The position numbers and the translations under genes were made by a program. DNA of 64,000 nt from an uncultured archaeon (GTDB lineage: Archaea; Altiarchaeota; Altiarchaeia; IMC4; SCGC-AAA252-I15). Shown piece by piece: positions 10,301 through 19,911 of this stretch. The stretch is from positions 128,001 to 192,000 of the forward strand of contig CABMCB010000071.1 of the NCBI GenBank assembly GCA_902384455.1. Reading direction: 5' to 3'. A model generated the notes under the pieces. That model saw only the letters and a list, made by a program, of their open reading frames with translations, was not told where the DNA came from and made no database searches. Position 1 is the stretch's first letter; each line of letters begins with the position of its first letter.

Positions 10301-10375
10301 TGCGCATCCAGCACATCCCAAACAGAAAGACTCTACACAGGCTGGAACCTACTCAGCTTATACATTAACGCCTAA
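7370..10375 (+). CDS. secreted right-handed parallel beta-helix (NosD/CASH-like) protein, four tandem modules
   Basis: Signal peptide; Asn-rich 'GI.L....N.I..N' rungs; four modules each opening with LDC.GH.I.G-like and closing with N.C....W.D....GC...C. Confidence 0.85.
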   Translation: MRTKVVFELLILVLLSGCASADWTYVSSCGTIHNDTRLTADINTSGTCFTFAAGNAKLDCQNHIISGNSSHHSADGIAVDGFNNVTIVNCDVRNFAYGIVISNINRFTLANNSVQGGFYNALFFSYATNGVIQNNRALLNNIGQPVMALNYGGNNLIVDNLFYNNTGSEQIRMEGNTSHNTIVHNTLVYGGTGFSDAGSSYNNISDNAVCEHSTYDFSDFSGFPQTNFGRDNSCAATSNWNDTGISGCTYTCEGITQCGEIYHSVELQTDLISNGTCITLNLNPNGITVDCGGHIILGNGSGTGIYVPVNNASIKNCDVRNFTEGIFLNNSINSTVSDNTLRSNLEYPLYLTSASRSEISGNRLFNNQRGIVLDDSTDNIVHDNLAAYNSNNQIRVWYESVRNVINHNVLLDGSGNGILMNEGANNNYTNNLACGNSGGDIWVMTANITNVGYQNTCSTPHMWDDVGATGCTNPCSAYAYAINCGNISQNTILAVDASANGTCFTITADNVTLDCAGHKITGNNATSSYGVYIAKNNVAVKNCEITNFSSGTYMTSVTGGLIYNNTAHHNGGSPLAGGIYTFNSKWVNITHNTAYSQYRGIRIYSPPNTTYIEDNLVHNNYDGIEVDGTNSLNTQITRNNASGNSIGITLTSAGSSNFTAAYNTFCGNTIYDTENISNPLTSSASNNTCDTALNWFDNTVSPAGCTFACNGTAIRGCATLTRNTTLARDVNATYSCIRIDQDDVTFNCQNNTLNGIATGIGIFVTGSNDHIRNCIINNFSTGIQFNGAISGSSLETSTVKNNLNNGVYLSGTSLGVTVTGNTLLSNKWHGLQAIQWADNNVISGNNAFLNWWSGIALNTVGNTVLENNASYNVFHGIHIGSNNTIISNELRYNNDTGIYIDGGAFNNITGNTVVGNIKNGVLMRSNASGNVLRSNVFCLNVIRDVNNSIPTLNSGSSNTCDTYYGWNDAGYTGCKYPCASSTSQTERLYTGWNLLSLYINA

Positions 10376-10420
10376 GAGAGGGCAATACGTTTTTGTCCTC
10401 ACAAACCCTATTTTATCTCT

Positions 10421-11188
10421 GTGAGTGCCGACCCTAAAGTTCGGGTTATAAAAGACGCTCCGCCCGAAGTCGCCGCCGAAGCCGCATTAGCCCGCAGTTT
10501 ACCTCAAGTCAAACCTCCGCAGGAGGAGGAACTTAAGGCTGAGGTTATGCATGCAGGCAGACTTTACGACGAGGCTGCAGTAAAGCATAAAGCTGTTGGC
10601 GACTGCACCACAGCAGCCGCAGTATTATCCTCCTACCTACGGCACACCGTAGGAGTCAAAGCGGAAGTTTACTACGGCATCTACGTTGACGAAAGCGCCA
10701 GAGTATCCGCCGTTTTAGGGAAGCTAGTTGCCGTCTCCGCAAGCAAAGCAGCCAAGGAAGTCGCATACGGAACCCCAGAACAACCAGCAAACCCCCTCAA
10801 GAGAAACATCGCAACCGTCGAGCAACAAAACCCCTACCAATACGAAATGACGATGAAAAACATCCACGCCTTCGTACTCATACCGCGAGAAAACACCGAC
10901 GGTCGAGGAAACTTCTACTACGCAGACCTAACCCACAACCAATTCGGCCGTGAAGGAGTCGAAGCCGAAGCCGTCTTTGATGTTGTGGACGCTAAAAAAC
11001 TACACGACAAATACGGTCTGGTTCTGTGGGGGCCGGAAGCTCAAAGGCACATTCAAACAAGAGGATACTATGCGACAGCCGCCGGATTGCCTATGCCGGA
11101 AGAAGAGAGGATAAGCGCCTTAAGGAGGCACGCCACCGTAGTCCATGAAATACTCTCTGAGATGCTTGCGCAAAGAAAATCTGCATAA
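10421..11188 (+). CDS. hypothetical protein, possible transglutaminase/papain-like Cys-His-Asp fold
   Basis: GDCTTAA, IHAFV, YADLT..QF motifs; GTG start. Confidence 0.55.
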   Translation: MSADPKVRVIKDAPPEVAAEAALARSLPQVKPPQEEELKAEVMHAGRLYDEAAVKHKAVGDCTTAAAVLSSYLRHTVGVKAEVYYGIYVDESARVSAVLGKLVAVSASKAAKEVAYGTPEQPANPLKRNIATVEQQNPYQYEMTMKNIHAFVLIPRENTDGRGNFYYADLTHNQFGREGVEAEAVFDVVDAKKLHDKYGLVLWGPEAQRHIQTRGYYATAAGLPMPEEERISALRRHATVVHEILSEMLAQRKSA

Positions 11189-11229
11189 AACCGAAACTCC
11201 TTTTAAATTCCCCCTCTTATTCCCTAAGC

Positions 11230-11514
11230 ATGGTCAGCGAAGTCAAAGCGTCGCACATCCTGGTGAAAACACAGGACCAAGCCAAAGAGATTATTGCTCA
11301 AATCCAGGGCGGAGCTTCATTCGAAAAAATAGCGATGGAAAAATCCACATGCCCCAGCGGCAGAAGAGGAGGAGACTTAGGGTGGTTCGGGAGAGGCCGT
11401 ATGGTTAAGGCGTTTGAGAACGCGGCTTTTTTGTTGAAGAAGGGCGAGATGACTAAGGAGCCTGTGAAGTCTGATTTCGGCTGGCACGTAATCAAGGTCA
11501 CGGACGCCAAGTAG
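11230..11514 (+). CDS. ppiC: parvulin-type peptidyl-prolyl isomerase
   Basis: ASHILV, STCPSGRRGGDLGWFGRGRMVKAFE, SDFGWHVI. Confidence 0.93.
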   Translation: MVSEVKASHILVKTQDQAKEIIAQIQGGASFEKIAMEKSTCPSGRRGGDLGWFGRGRMVKAFENAAFLLKKGEMTKEPVKSDFGWHVIKVTDAK

Positions 11515-11632
11515 AGTCCTCTTTCTGTTGGAAGGTGTAGCGAGGACTGTATGTCCGTATTGAAAGGCGCAGACTCGTAGTGTCAGTATTCCTTCTTCTT
11601 TATTTCCTGGTTGTGCTGTCTCTGATGCTACC

Positions 11633-14485
11633 TTAGGATAGTGGGCCGGGGTTGTTTTGAGCGCATATTTGGGTGAGGTCGGCTTGTGTGGGGCCTGTGC
11701 ATCCTGTTTGTGTGCTTGGGCATGTGCCTGTGTATATTTTGGTGCAGCAGCAGTCTTGGTTGCTCCAGCTCCAGCTTTGGGCGGCTGCATAGCGGCATAT
11801 GTATTGGCATTGTCCGGGGTTTTGGGCTGGTGCTTGGCATGTGCCGTGTGTCACGTATGCTCCTGCGCCGTATCCGTTGCTTGAGCAGTATTGCGGGCAG
11901 TTTATCGGGGTTTGGTCGCAGACGTCGCCTGTGCCGTCGCGGTCTGAGTCTTCTTGATTTGGGTTGGGTACTGTGGGGCAGTTGTCTGCTGAGTCAGCTA
12001 TTCCGTCTCCGTCCTGGTCTGGTATGGCGCAGCGGTAGCATGTTCCTACGTCGGTTTGGAATGGCGTGCATACTGCGCCTTGCGTGCAGCTTAGTTCAGT
12101 GCAGCTGCTGGCGAGCGGCACATTGTTGTATTTGTAGTTAGAGCAGGTAGGTTTCGCTTTGCAGTAGTAGCAGGTTTTGCCTTGGTAAGTCGTGGATTCG
12201 CAGGTTTCGCTTTGGCTGCAGGAGAGGTCGTTGCAGCTGTCTTGTGTGGCGACTCCGTTGACTTTAAGCACGTCGCTGCAGCTTAATGTGTTGCATTTGT
12301 AGCAGGGTCCGTCTCCGACGATGCCGCAGCGTTGCCAGGGGCTTGCGCATTTTGCGCCGCAGTAGGGGTCACTTAGGTATTGGCCTTGCGGACAGGTTGT
12401 GGTGGTTGTTGTGGGTGCGCAGTAATAGCAGTTTTTGTTGCCTTCCTGGAACCATATGCTTATGCAGCCGTTGGGGCAGTTTTGCGGGCAGGTGTCGTAT
12501 GTGGGCTGCTGCCTGTAGAGGAGGTTGCTGCAGTTCATGTAGGTGATGCATTTGCAGTTGACGCACACTTTGCCTGCGGGGCATTCATAGCGTTTTCCTC
12601 CCGACCAGCTGTATACTGGGCTGTCGTTGAGGTCGCATTCTTCATCTCCTCCGCCGGCACTTGTGGGCGTGCTAAGCCATCCGTCTCCGCAGCGCGGAGT
12701 AACTGTGTGCAGAGTGGTTGTTGTGGAAGATGTTGTCGTGGTAGTCGAGGTTGTTGTTGACTGCGTCGTGGAGGGAGTGCGTATTGTCGTGGAAGTTGTC
12801 GTCGTGGTTATTACCGTTTTTGTGGTTGTGGTACGGATTATAGTCGTCGTAGTTGTTTTGGGCGGCGTTTGAGGTTCGTTTTCTTCCGGCACCATATCGT
12901 CGTCGCGGTGCAACGTGGTGGCGCCCTCAGCCGCGGCCGCTAAGTCCACGCCGGGGTATGCGTCTCCAGTCAAACTTAGGGTTCCAAGTAACGTGGGCGG
13001 ACTCAAAAGTATCCCAGTAAGGTAAGAGGCCGATGGCGATTTTGTTGCTATCGCAACTACTTGGCCTGGAAGAATCCCGGACACAAACGTGACGGTCGCT
13101 GTGCCGTCGCCTTGAGACGCGACAGCGATTGGAGTCTGTTTGATTTCTAGCGGATTGAGGTCGACGACGAGGTCTCCGCTTAATGGAATAGATTTGACAA
13201 TCTTTTGCGCCGGCACGTCTATTACGTCCAAATACGATTGCGTTCCCACGTAGACTGGCGCAACCGCGTATCTCCCATCGTCGCTTGTGGCAACATCCAC
13301 GCTATCTTGGAAAGTGCCTGAAAGCTTAATTGTCGAAGTATGCGAGCCGGAAACCAAGTCTACTGTGTAAAGATACCCCGTGTTGTTTTCGCGGTCAACA
13401 GTAGGCACAAGAGCCATCTCGTCCTCCGCTCCCTGCCTAACGTCAAGCCCAACCTCCAAGTCACCCGGAAGTTCTGTCGAAACTATGCGGCTTAAATCTG
13501 CGAGGTACATTGCGTTGAGGAGGGTTCGGCCGTCTGTGTGGGTGGGCAGCCACACTTGTTTTCCGTCGCGGCTAAACTCCAGGTCCACCATGCTCTGTAG
13601 GGTGCCCTGAACCTTGGTTTTGCCTGTCACTTCTGGCTTAGATAGGTCTATTGCGTAAAGGGTTGTGTCTGCGCCGTTTGTTAATGCCGCATAAATTTTG
13701 CCGTCAGGGCCAAGCAAAAGGTGGACGTCTTCTACGTAGTTTCCGTCAAGAGTAAGAGTCTTAACGAACGCGGGGCCTGAAACGTCAAAGACGTCTATGT
13801 ATGCCTCGCTTTTGTCCGGATTCTGGGACGGAACCGCAACGTAAGCGCCTTTTGCGTCAAAAACCAAGTCAACGTCAGGAACAAAAGCGCCTTTCAAATC
13901 AAACCGCTTAACGCTTGATCCTGAAGCAGAATCAATGAAATCCACGGCTCCCAAGCCGCCGGAAGTAGAAGAAGCAATCACCCGTTTTCCGTCAGGCGTC
14001 CACCAGCTGTCCACGTCAGTAGTAAGGCCGCTTCCTATTGCGATGTTTTTTATTAGGCTGGCTGATGAGACATCGATTAGGTTGAGATAAGATTGGCCTG
14101 TTTCTGTGTTGGTTGTGGGTAGTGAGGCGGTTTTTCCGTCTGGGCTTAGTTCGGCGTCGACTCCGTTTCTGAGTTTGCCTGGCATGTAGACTGTGGAGAT
14201 GAGGGTTTTGGTTTCTGCTGAGAGAATCATGAGGCAGCTTCCTTCTTTGTTTTCTCCGGGAAGCAGGACGGTTTTTCTATCGGGAGTAAACACCAAGTCG
14301 ACGTCCGCCTTGAGGCTGCAGGGAACCCAGACTTCCGCCACATTGAAGTCTGAAGGCAACCCTTTTACGGCGGGAACGTTTGCGGCGGGGTTGTTTGACG
14401 GCGCATTAGGTTGCGTCGTGCATCCCGAAACGAAAACAAGCGCAATAGCGAGCAAAAGTCCTAAAACCGTAGTTTGTGTCCTCAT
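11633..14485 (-). CDS. lipoprotein-like surface protein: beta-propeller, Thr linker, Cys-rich region with thrombospondin type-3 repeat
   Basis: FVSGC lipobox; repeated 'VDL.F(T/S)PDGK' blades; poly-Thr; [35 protein letters not shown]. Confidence 0.8.
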   Translation of the reverse strand: MRTQTTVLGLLLAIALVFVSGCTTQPNAPSNNPAANVPAVKGLPSDFNVAEVWVPCSLKADVDLVFTPDRKTVLLPGENKEGSCLMILSAETKTLISTVYMPGKLRNGVDAELSPDGKTASLPTTNTETGQSYLNLIDVSSASLIKNIAIGSGLTTDVDSWWTPDGKRVIASSTSGGLGAVDFIDSASGSSVKRFDLKGAFVPDVDLVFDAKGAYVAVPSQNPDKSEAYIDVFDVSGPAFVKTLTLDGNYVEDVHLLLGPDGKIYAALTNGADTTLYAIDLSKPEVTGKTKVQGTLQSMVDLEFSRDGKQVWLPTHTDGRTLLNAMYLADLSRIVSTELPGDLEVGLDVRQGAEDEMALVPTVDRENNTGYLYTVDLVSGSHTSTIKLSGTFQDSVDVATSDDGRYAVAPVYVGTQSYLDVIDVPAQKIVKSIPLSGDLVVDLNPLEIKQTPIAVASQGDGTATVTFVSGILPGQVVAIATKSPSASYLTGILLSPPTLLGTLSLTGDAYPGVDLAAAAEGATTLHRDDDMVPEENEPQTPPKTTTTTIIRTTTTKTVITTTTTSTTIRTPSTTQSTTTSTTTTTSSTTTTLHTVTPRCGDGWLSTPTSAGGGDEECDLNDSPVYSWSGGKRYECPAGKVCVNCKCITYMNCSNLLYRQQPTYDTCPQNCPNGCISIWFQEGNKNCYYCAPTTTTTTCPQGQYLSDPYCGAKCASPWQRCGIVGDGPCYKCNTLSCSDVLKVNGVATQDSCNDLSCSQSETCESTTYQGKTCYYCKAKPTCSNYKYNNVPLASSCTELSCTQGAVCTPFQTDVGTCYRCAIPDQDGDGIADSADNCPTVPNPNQEDSDRDGTGDVCDQTPINCPQYCSSNGYGAGAYVTHGTCQAPAQNPGQCQYICRYAAAQSWSWSNQDCCCTKIYTGTCPSTQTGCTGPTQADLTQICAQNNPGPLS

Positions 14486-14559
14486 TCAACCCACCCCCAC
14501 GTAAAACGTGGCCTGTGAGTAACTTACTTTCGTTAAGAATAAAAGCGCGCAGTCGCCAG

Positions 14560-15552
14560 TTAAGCTCCTGCCTTAGGCTCGTTCTGCTTGCATACGGCGT
14601 CCAAGTCTTCACCCGAAGGACAGCTGCACTTGCCGGTCTCATCCTTGCAGTCTATGTTGTACGTCTTAGTGCAACAGCATTCTTTACCGCTCCACTGCCA
14701 CCCTTTAGCCAGATAATACCTGCACGGCTTAGTGCAGTCAGGAGACGCATCAGAAGGCAACTCGCAACTACCCCGCGAAAGATAACTGCCGCCGTCATAA
14801 CCTAAGCCTGCACAGTAATCCTGGCAATTAACCGGGGTGTCGTCGCACAAGTCCCCTTTCCCGTCGCCGTCTGCGTCAGTCTGAAGGGGGTTGGGCGTGT
14901 TTGGGCAGTTGTCTACGCTGTCAGCCACTCCGTCCCCGTCCTTGTCCTCAATGAGGCAGTAAACGCACATGCCGGTGGGCGTTTTGATTGGAGTGCAATT
15001 CCCCGCCAAACAATCTAACTCATCGCAGGAAGCGGCCGCCTGAAGATTGTTTATTATGTAGTCCGAGCAGGAGTTGGGGTTTGGTTTGCAGTAGTGGCAT
15101 GTGAGGTTGGCGTAGCTGGATGAAGTGCACGTTTCGTTTACGCTGCAGTTAAGGTCGCTGCAGGAGTCGGCCATGGGCAGGTTGTCTGTAGTGCGCACGT
15201 CTTTGCACGTTACCTGCCTACACGCGTAGCAGGGGAGTCCGCTTTCGACTTTGCGGCATCTTTCTTCGGGCGTTTTGCATGTTCCGCCGCATCCGTTGTC
15301 GTCGAAGTATCCGTTTGAGGGGCAGTCGTTTTTAGGCGCCTCCAATGTGGAAGACGTCGATGTTGAGGGCTCCGTGGTCGTGTCCGAAAGGATTATGCTG
15401 GTGGAAGACTGAACTGTAGAGGTTGTAGTCTGAACAGGTGCAGGAGGGTTGTATGCCGTTGTAGTAGTAACAGTGGGCGTAGTCGTGATCGTAAGACACC
15501 CTGAGGATGCCAAAACAAAGAAGGCGACCAAAAAAAGAACAGGTTTTGTCAT
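14560..15552 (-). CDS. lipoprotein-like Cys-rich protein with thrombospondin type-3 repeat (paralog of the downstream gene's C-terminus)
   Basis: ASSGC lipobox, Thr/Ser linker, DKDGDGVADSVDNCPNTPNPLQTDADGDGKGDLCD. Confidence 0.8.
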   Translation of the reverse strand: MTKPVLFLVAFFVLASSGCLTITTTPTVTTTTAYNPPAPVQTTTSTVQSSTSIILSDTTTEPSTSTSSTLEAPKNDCPSNGYFDDNGCGGTCKTPEERCRKVESGLPCYACRQVTCKDVRTTDNLPMADSCSDLNCSVNETCTSSSYANLTCHYCKPNPNSCSDYIINNLQAAASCDELDCLAGNCTPIKTPTGMCVYCLIEDKDGDGVADSVDNCPNTPNPLQTDADGDGKGDLCDDTPVNCQDYCAGLGYDGGSYLSRGSCELPSDASPDCTKPCRYYLAKGWQWSGKECCCTKTYNIDCKDETGKCSCPSGEDLDAVCKQNEPKAGA

Positions 15553-15558
15553 ACGCCC

Positions 15559-15999
15559 CTAAGACAACTTGATGAACTCCATACCCAAAGCCTTACCCAT
15601 ATCAAGAATCTTGTCATCAATCCTATACGCGTTCTTATAGTAAATCCTCTTTATCCCCACATTAGCCAACGCCTTAAAGCAGCTATAGCAAGGAAAATGC
15701 GTAATGAACATGTCTGCGCCATCAATGGAGATGCCATGCTTAGCCGCCATCACCATAGCATTCATCTCCGCATGGATGGTGCGCACGCAATGCCCATCAA
15801 CCATCTCATGCCCCAACTCAGAGCAATGAGGCAGGCCTGAAACGCTTCCGTTGTATCCTGTCGCCAGAATGCGTTTGCCTTTAACCACAACTGCGCCGAC
15901 GTAAGCGCGGTCGCATGTTGAGCGCCGGGAGACTGCTTCAGCGATTCCAATAAAATACTCCTCCCATGACGGCCTGCTGCCCGCTTTTTCTTCTGCCAT
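15559..15999 (-). CDS. dCMP deaminase (ComEB-like)
   Basis: RSTCDR..VGAV, TGYNG, HAEMNA, PCYSC zinc motifs. Confidence 0.9.
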   Translation of the reverse strand: MAEEKAGSRPSWEEYFIGIAEAVSRRSTCDRAYVGAVVVKGKRILATGYNGSVSGLPHCSELGHEMVDGHCVRTIHAEMNAMVMAAKHGISIDGADMFITHFPCYSCFKALANVGIKRIYYKNAYRIDDKILDMGKALGMEFIKLS

Positions 16000-16080
16000 A
16001 TAAATCCAATAGGATTAGGCATAACCCCTTAAAATGCTGTTGTAAGCCGTTTTTAAATCAAATCACCTTAAGTACATAAT

Positions 16081-16680
16081 GTGAAAAAAGAATCAGCTCA
16101 CACTACTCATATCGAATCCAGCGGCAGCCGCAACGCGGCCGAAAAAGCTATACTGTCCGGCTTCATGGGTGTTGCGGTCGTATTGCTCGTTTTCCTTGTT
16201 GGCGGGGCCCTAGGCTACGTCCTAGGCGGGTCAACTGAAAAAGCGGTCACCAAATACCAGTGCGGCGACGGCTCAGTTGTTTCGGCCATTTCTCAGTGTC
16301 CTGCAGGTGCTGTTGTGCAGCAAAGTACGTGCACCACAGTAGTCCAGCAGGCAAATACTCCCACCACTCTTAAGTGCCCCTCATGTGTATGCCCTGGCGG
16401 AGCAGCTCCGGTGACTACCACAACTACGACCGTATGGGTGCCAAGCGGACCTCCGTGCAAGACTGACAGCGAATGCGGTGTTCCAATCAAAAATGAGACT
16501 AGGTGCTGGAACGGCGATGTGAACTATGTCGTAACAACTCCTGTCTGCGCTATACAAGGCAACGCTACAAACGGAAACTGCCTGAACCGCATAACATACG
16601 AAGTCAAACAGACCTGCGATGATGGGACTATATGCAAGAACGGGGAGTGCGTGCAACCTGCGCCAGAAGAACAACAGTAA
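16081..16680 (+). CDS. membrane-anchored Cys-rich hypothetical protein
   Basis: One N-terminal TM helix, a C.DGS.V.....C motif, a Thr stretch and paired cysteines. Confidence 0.7.
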   Translation: MKKESAHTTHIESSGSRNAAEKAILSGFMGVAVVLLVFLVGGALGYVLGGSTEKAVTKYQCGDGSVVSAISQCPAGAVVQQSTCTTVVQQANTPTTLKCPSCVCPGGAAPVTTTTTTVWVPSGPPCKTDSECGVPIKNETRCWNGDVNYVVTTPVCAIQGNATNGNCLNRITYEVKQTCDDGTICKNGECVQPAPEEQQ

Positions 16681-16685
16681 ACCCG

Positions 16686-17063
16686 TTATCTTCTAATTAT
16701 TGCCGCAGCCAACGACACAACCAGTACTCCGAACCCCGAACCCGCCGCGTCCACAGTGACGTCAAAAAAGTCCGCAACACGGCCAGGCACCAAAAACTGG
16801 TGCAATTCATCGGACACTCCATACAGGATGCACGCAGCCCACACCGCAAAATAAACGTTTCTTCTGCCGCCCTTAAGACCCACGCCGAAGCAGGACGCCA
16901 AAACACCAAGTAAAGCATACTCTGAGAAATGCAGCGCCACAGCCACCCACTCCGGAATAGGAGCACCCAAAGGACTAGCCTGACCTGACTTATAAAAAAT
17001 AAAACCAGCCCACAAAGCCGTCAAGACGCCGAAAAAAGCAGTCCTAAAATTCATGAAAACCAA
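16686..17063 (-). CDS. VanZ-family membrane protein
   Basis: HFSEYALL, YGVSDELHQFLVPGR...D...D..G. Confidence 0.88.
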   Translation of the reverse strand: MVFMNFRTAFFGVLTALWAGFIFYKSGQASPLGAPIPEWVAVALHFSEYALLGVLASCFGVGLKGGRRNVYFAVWAACILYGVSDELHQFLVPGRVADFFDVTVDAAGSGFGVLVVSLAAAIIRR

Positions 17064-17069
17064 AACACG

Positions 17070-18125
17070 TCACTCCGGACTCTTGGGAAGCAGACCCATC
17101 CTCTTCACAGCAAACCATGACACCAAAGTCGCAGCAAAAGTGGAAACGACAATCAAACCAATATACCAACTCACATCACCTTTAGTGAACTCAAACATGC
17201 TATTTCCAGCGACGGTAGCTATCGTATTTGGCACCAAAAGCGCCGTACCAATAATAGTAAGATAAGCCACAAGAAGCGCCATCTTATTGTTCAAAACCTG
17301 CAACTGATTATTATAAATCGACTGAAGCACCTCAAGGCCGCTAGCCAAAACGTCGCTCAAGTGCTCCGCAAGCCCAATCTGAGAATGCACCTCCCCAACA
17401 AGGCCGTTTATGCGATCCAAAATCTTAGGGTCGTCGCTTAAGAGGTCTGCATCCCCGTACCGCAAAGAATTAAGCGCATCCACCGTAGCCCAAAGGCCGC
17501 CCAGATACTGTATGAGGGCATGCTTCATGTGGTATATGCTGTGCCCCAGTTTGTCCCTAGGAGTCTTAGGGTCTGCAAGCACCCTGTTTAGGGCGTCTCC
17601 CGCCTCCTCTATCTCATGGAGGTGGTCAAAGTTTCTGGCGTTGTTCTCATCTATGATGCGCAACAACAGAATCGTCATACGGTCTTCCGGAGGCTTGTTC
17701 TCCGGAAGCTTCTTAAGCAACGTCTCAGCGTACCTTCTGATGCGGAAAAACCTCTTGGTTTCGCCAGTATGAATAGTCGCAAGCACGTTCCTACTTACCA
17801 AAATCAGGATAGGCTCAAGCCGCACATCAAGGCCTTCCACGCGGATGGCGGGAACGCGTATCCCCAGTTCAGTCCCAAAGTCCTCATATCCGCTTCTAGA
17901 TTTCTTAAGAAGATTCTCCACAATGCTTTTGCTGAAACCCAACTCGGTCGCGGCCTTCAACGCCTCTTTCTCGAAGTCGTCCACGAAATAGTCGACCCAA
18001 GCTTCAGAAGCCTGCTCTATGAGCGGCTTAAAGTCTGCGATGTCCTTTGACTGCTTCTGCTGAGTCTTGCCTTTATGGACTACGGCGCAAAAACCCTTCT
18101 CCCCCAAATCATCAATCTTCGCCAC
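17070..18125 (-). CDS. CorA-family divalent cation transporter
   Basis: Large soluble domain, a long helix ending NNKMALL and two C-terminal TM helices; the canonical GMN signature is replaced (AGNSM). Confidence 0.75.
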   Translation of the reverse strand: MAKIDDLGEKGFCAVVHKGKTQQKQSKDIADFKPLIEQASEAWVDYFVDDFEKEALKAATELGFSKSIVENLLKKSRSGYEDFGTELGIRVPAIRVEGLDVRLEPILILVSRNVLATIHTGETKRFFRIRRYAETLLKKLPENKPPEDRMTILLLRIIDENNARNFDHLHEIEEAGDALNRVLADPKTPRDKLGHSIYHMKHALIQYLGGLWATVDALNSLRYGDADLLSDDPKILDRINGLVGEVHSQIGLAEHLSDVLASGLEVLQSIYNNQLQVLNNKMALLVAYLTIIGTALLVPNTIATVAGNSMFEFTKGDVSWYIGLIVVSTFAATLVSWFAVKRMGLLPKSPE

Positions 18126-18214
18126 ACGCGCACCTACTAATTAGAATCGGCCTGCCAGCTAAAAACATGTTGGCCTCTGAATTAGTATTATCCTCTGCCG
18201 CCTAATACTCTTCC

Positions 18215-18604
18215 ATGGGTTTTCTCGCCAAAACCAAGGCTTACGCCGACAAACGCCTGCATAAGCCTCTGCTTTTTCTTTCCCGCATAGGCCTACGTCC
18301 GCACCATTTCACAATTTTGGCGTTGATATGCGGCGTGGCTTCGGCTTATTTCCTTTTCGACAACCCCCTGTCTGCGGCCTTACTCGTATTGTTTTTGGTT
18401 TTTGACGGCCTTGACGGGGCTCTTGCGCGCGCTTCAAGCAGGGAGAGCGAGAGGGGTACGCGGCTTGATTTCTTCGTGGACCGTCTTGTGGCAACGCTTC
18501 TTCTATTAAAATTCTACGTTAGAGGCGTGAGCGTGGTTTTCCCTCTTGTGGGGCTGTTGGCTGTCGCAGCCACAGTAGTCGATGACCTAAGGCAGCGCAA
18601 GTAG
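18215..18604 (+). CDS. CDP-alcohol phosphatidyltransferase family protein
   Basis: DGLDGALAR......G..LD...DR signature. Confidence 0.85.
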   Translation: MGFLAKTKAYADKRLHKPLLFLSRIGLRPHHFTILALICGVASAYFLFDNPLSAALLVLFLVFDGLDGALARASSRESERGTRLDFFVDRLVATLLLLKFYVRGVSVVFPLVGLLAVAATVVDDLRQRK

Positions 18605-18605
18605 T

Positions 18606-19832
18606 TTATGCGCCCACCAGATGCTGTTTGCCAAGAAGGTTCAGGATTTCCTGGAGGACTTTAGAGCCCTTAATGTGGCCTAATCCTCCCGTCATGCAGG
18701 GTCTTTCCCCGAATTCCTGCACTCCGTCGGGTCGGACTCCTGGGCCCCACATGAAAATGGGCACTGGGTCGCCTGTGTGCGCCTTGAGCGTGCAGGATGT
18801 GGAGTGGTCTCCTGTAAGCGCAATGACAGTGTCATCCATCGACAGCAGCACGTCTGACGCAGCGTCAATCTTCTCTATGAACGCCTTCTTGCCCTCGAAG
18901 TTTCCGTCTTCAGCAAGATTGTCAGCAGCCTTAACGTGGACGAAAACATACTCGTAGCCTTCCTCAAACGCCTTCTTCGCCCTCAAAAACTTGTTCCTCA
19001 CGTTGGTGTCAGGCTTACCTGTAGCGCCTTCACAATCCAAAATGTCGAATCCAACCGCCTTCGCCACACCCTTATACAATCCCGCTCCTGCGACGCAGGC
19101 GGCCTTCATGTGGTAGCGTTCCTGAAACGGCGGAATCTTGGTTACGACTCCTGCGCCACGAACCAAAACGAAATTCACAGGAGGCTTCCCCTCAGCAACA
19201 CGCTTCTTATTCTCAGGAATATCCTTCAAAACCTGATGGCACTTAAGCAAAAACGCATTCAAAATCCGCGCAGTCTTCTTCGCCTCAGGACTACCGTCAG
19301 TAGCAGAAGACTCCACGACCCTCAAACCCACCTCATGCGGATCAGGGTCAGTGATAGCCGCCGAAAGACCCGGCCCATGCATCACAACACCAATACGATG
19401 ACCAGTACCCGGCTTAAGGAAAAACTCAACATCCTCCACCTTAACACGCTCACCCAACGCCTCAACATAAGGCACAGTATCAGCCGGCCTACCCGCACGC
19501 CGATCCTTGATAATAAGATTATCATCCACAGTCGCAACATTACCCCTAAAAGCAACATCCCCATGCCTCAAATCCATACCAATACCGGCGGCCTCAAACG
19601 GTCCCCGTCCGCTGTAGTACTTGTCTACTTCGTACCCCAGTAGTGTGAGGGTTGCTGTGTCGCTTCCGGGACGTATTCCGACACCCAAAGTGTGCATCAG
19701 TCCAGTTATGCCTTCGCGGGCAAGCCGGTCTAAGTTAGGGGTCTTTGCCGCTTCAAGGGGAGTTTTACCGTTGAATTCCTTTATTGGGCGGTCGCCTAGT
19801 CCGTCGCAGATTATAAACAATGCTTTAGCCAC
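18606..19832 (-). CDS. apgM: 2,3-bisphosphoglycerate-independent phosphoglycerate mutase (archaeal)
   Basis: [40 protein letters not shown]...HTGDPVP. Confidence 0.93.
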   Translation of the reverse strand: MAKALFIICDGLGDRPIKEFNGKTPLEAAKTPNLDRLAREGITGLMHTLGVGIRPGSDTATLTLLGYEVDKYYSGRGPFEAAGIGMDLRHGDVAFRGNVATVDDNLIIKDRRAGRPADTVPYVEALGERVKVEDVEFFLKPGTGHRIGVVMHGPGLSAAITDPDPHEVGLRVVESSATDGSPEAKKTARILNAFLLKCHQVLKDIPENKKRVAEGKPPVNFVLVRGAGVVTKIPPFQERYHMKAACVAGAGLYKGVAKAVGFDILDCEGATGKPDTNVRNKFLRAKKAFEEGYEYVFVHVKAADNLAEDGNFEGKKAFIEKIDAASDVLLSMDDTVIALTGDHSTSCTLKAHTGDPVPIFMWGPGVRPDGVQEFGERPCMTGGLGHIKGSKVLQEILNLLGKQHLVGA

Positions 19833-19911
19833 AGTCCTTCACCTCATAGTAAATGGCAGACGCCGCTAATAACGCTTTGGTTTTAGGCGAAGGCGCACAA
19901 ATACTTCCTCA

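Noticed and set aside
11515-11632. Intergenic AGTCCTC...GAGGACT inverted repeat and a CPY*K-like zinc-ribbon fragment
   Set aside because: Too short to support a transposase remnant; compatible with chance or a terminator between convergent genes.
12700-12860. GTT/GTC/GTG-rich repetitive tract
   Set aside because: It encodes the poly-Thr linker of the surface protein; not a CRISPR or satellite.
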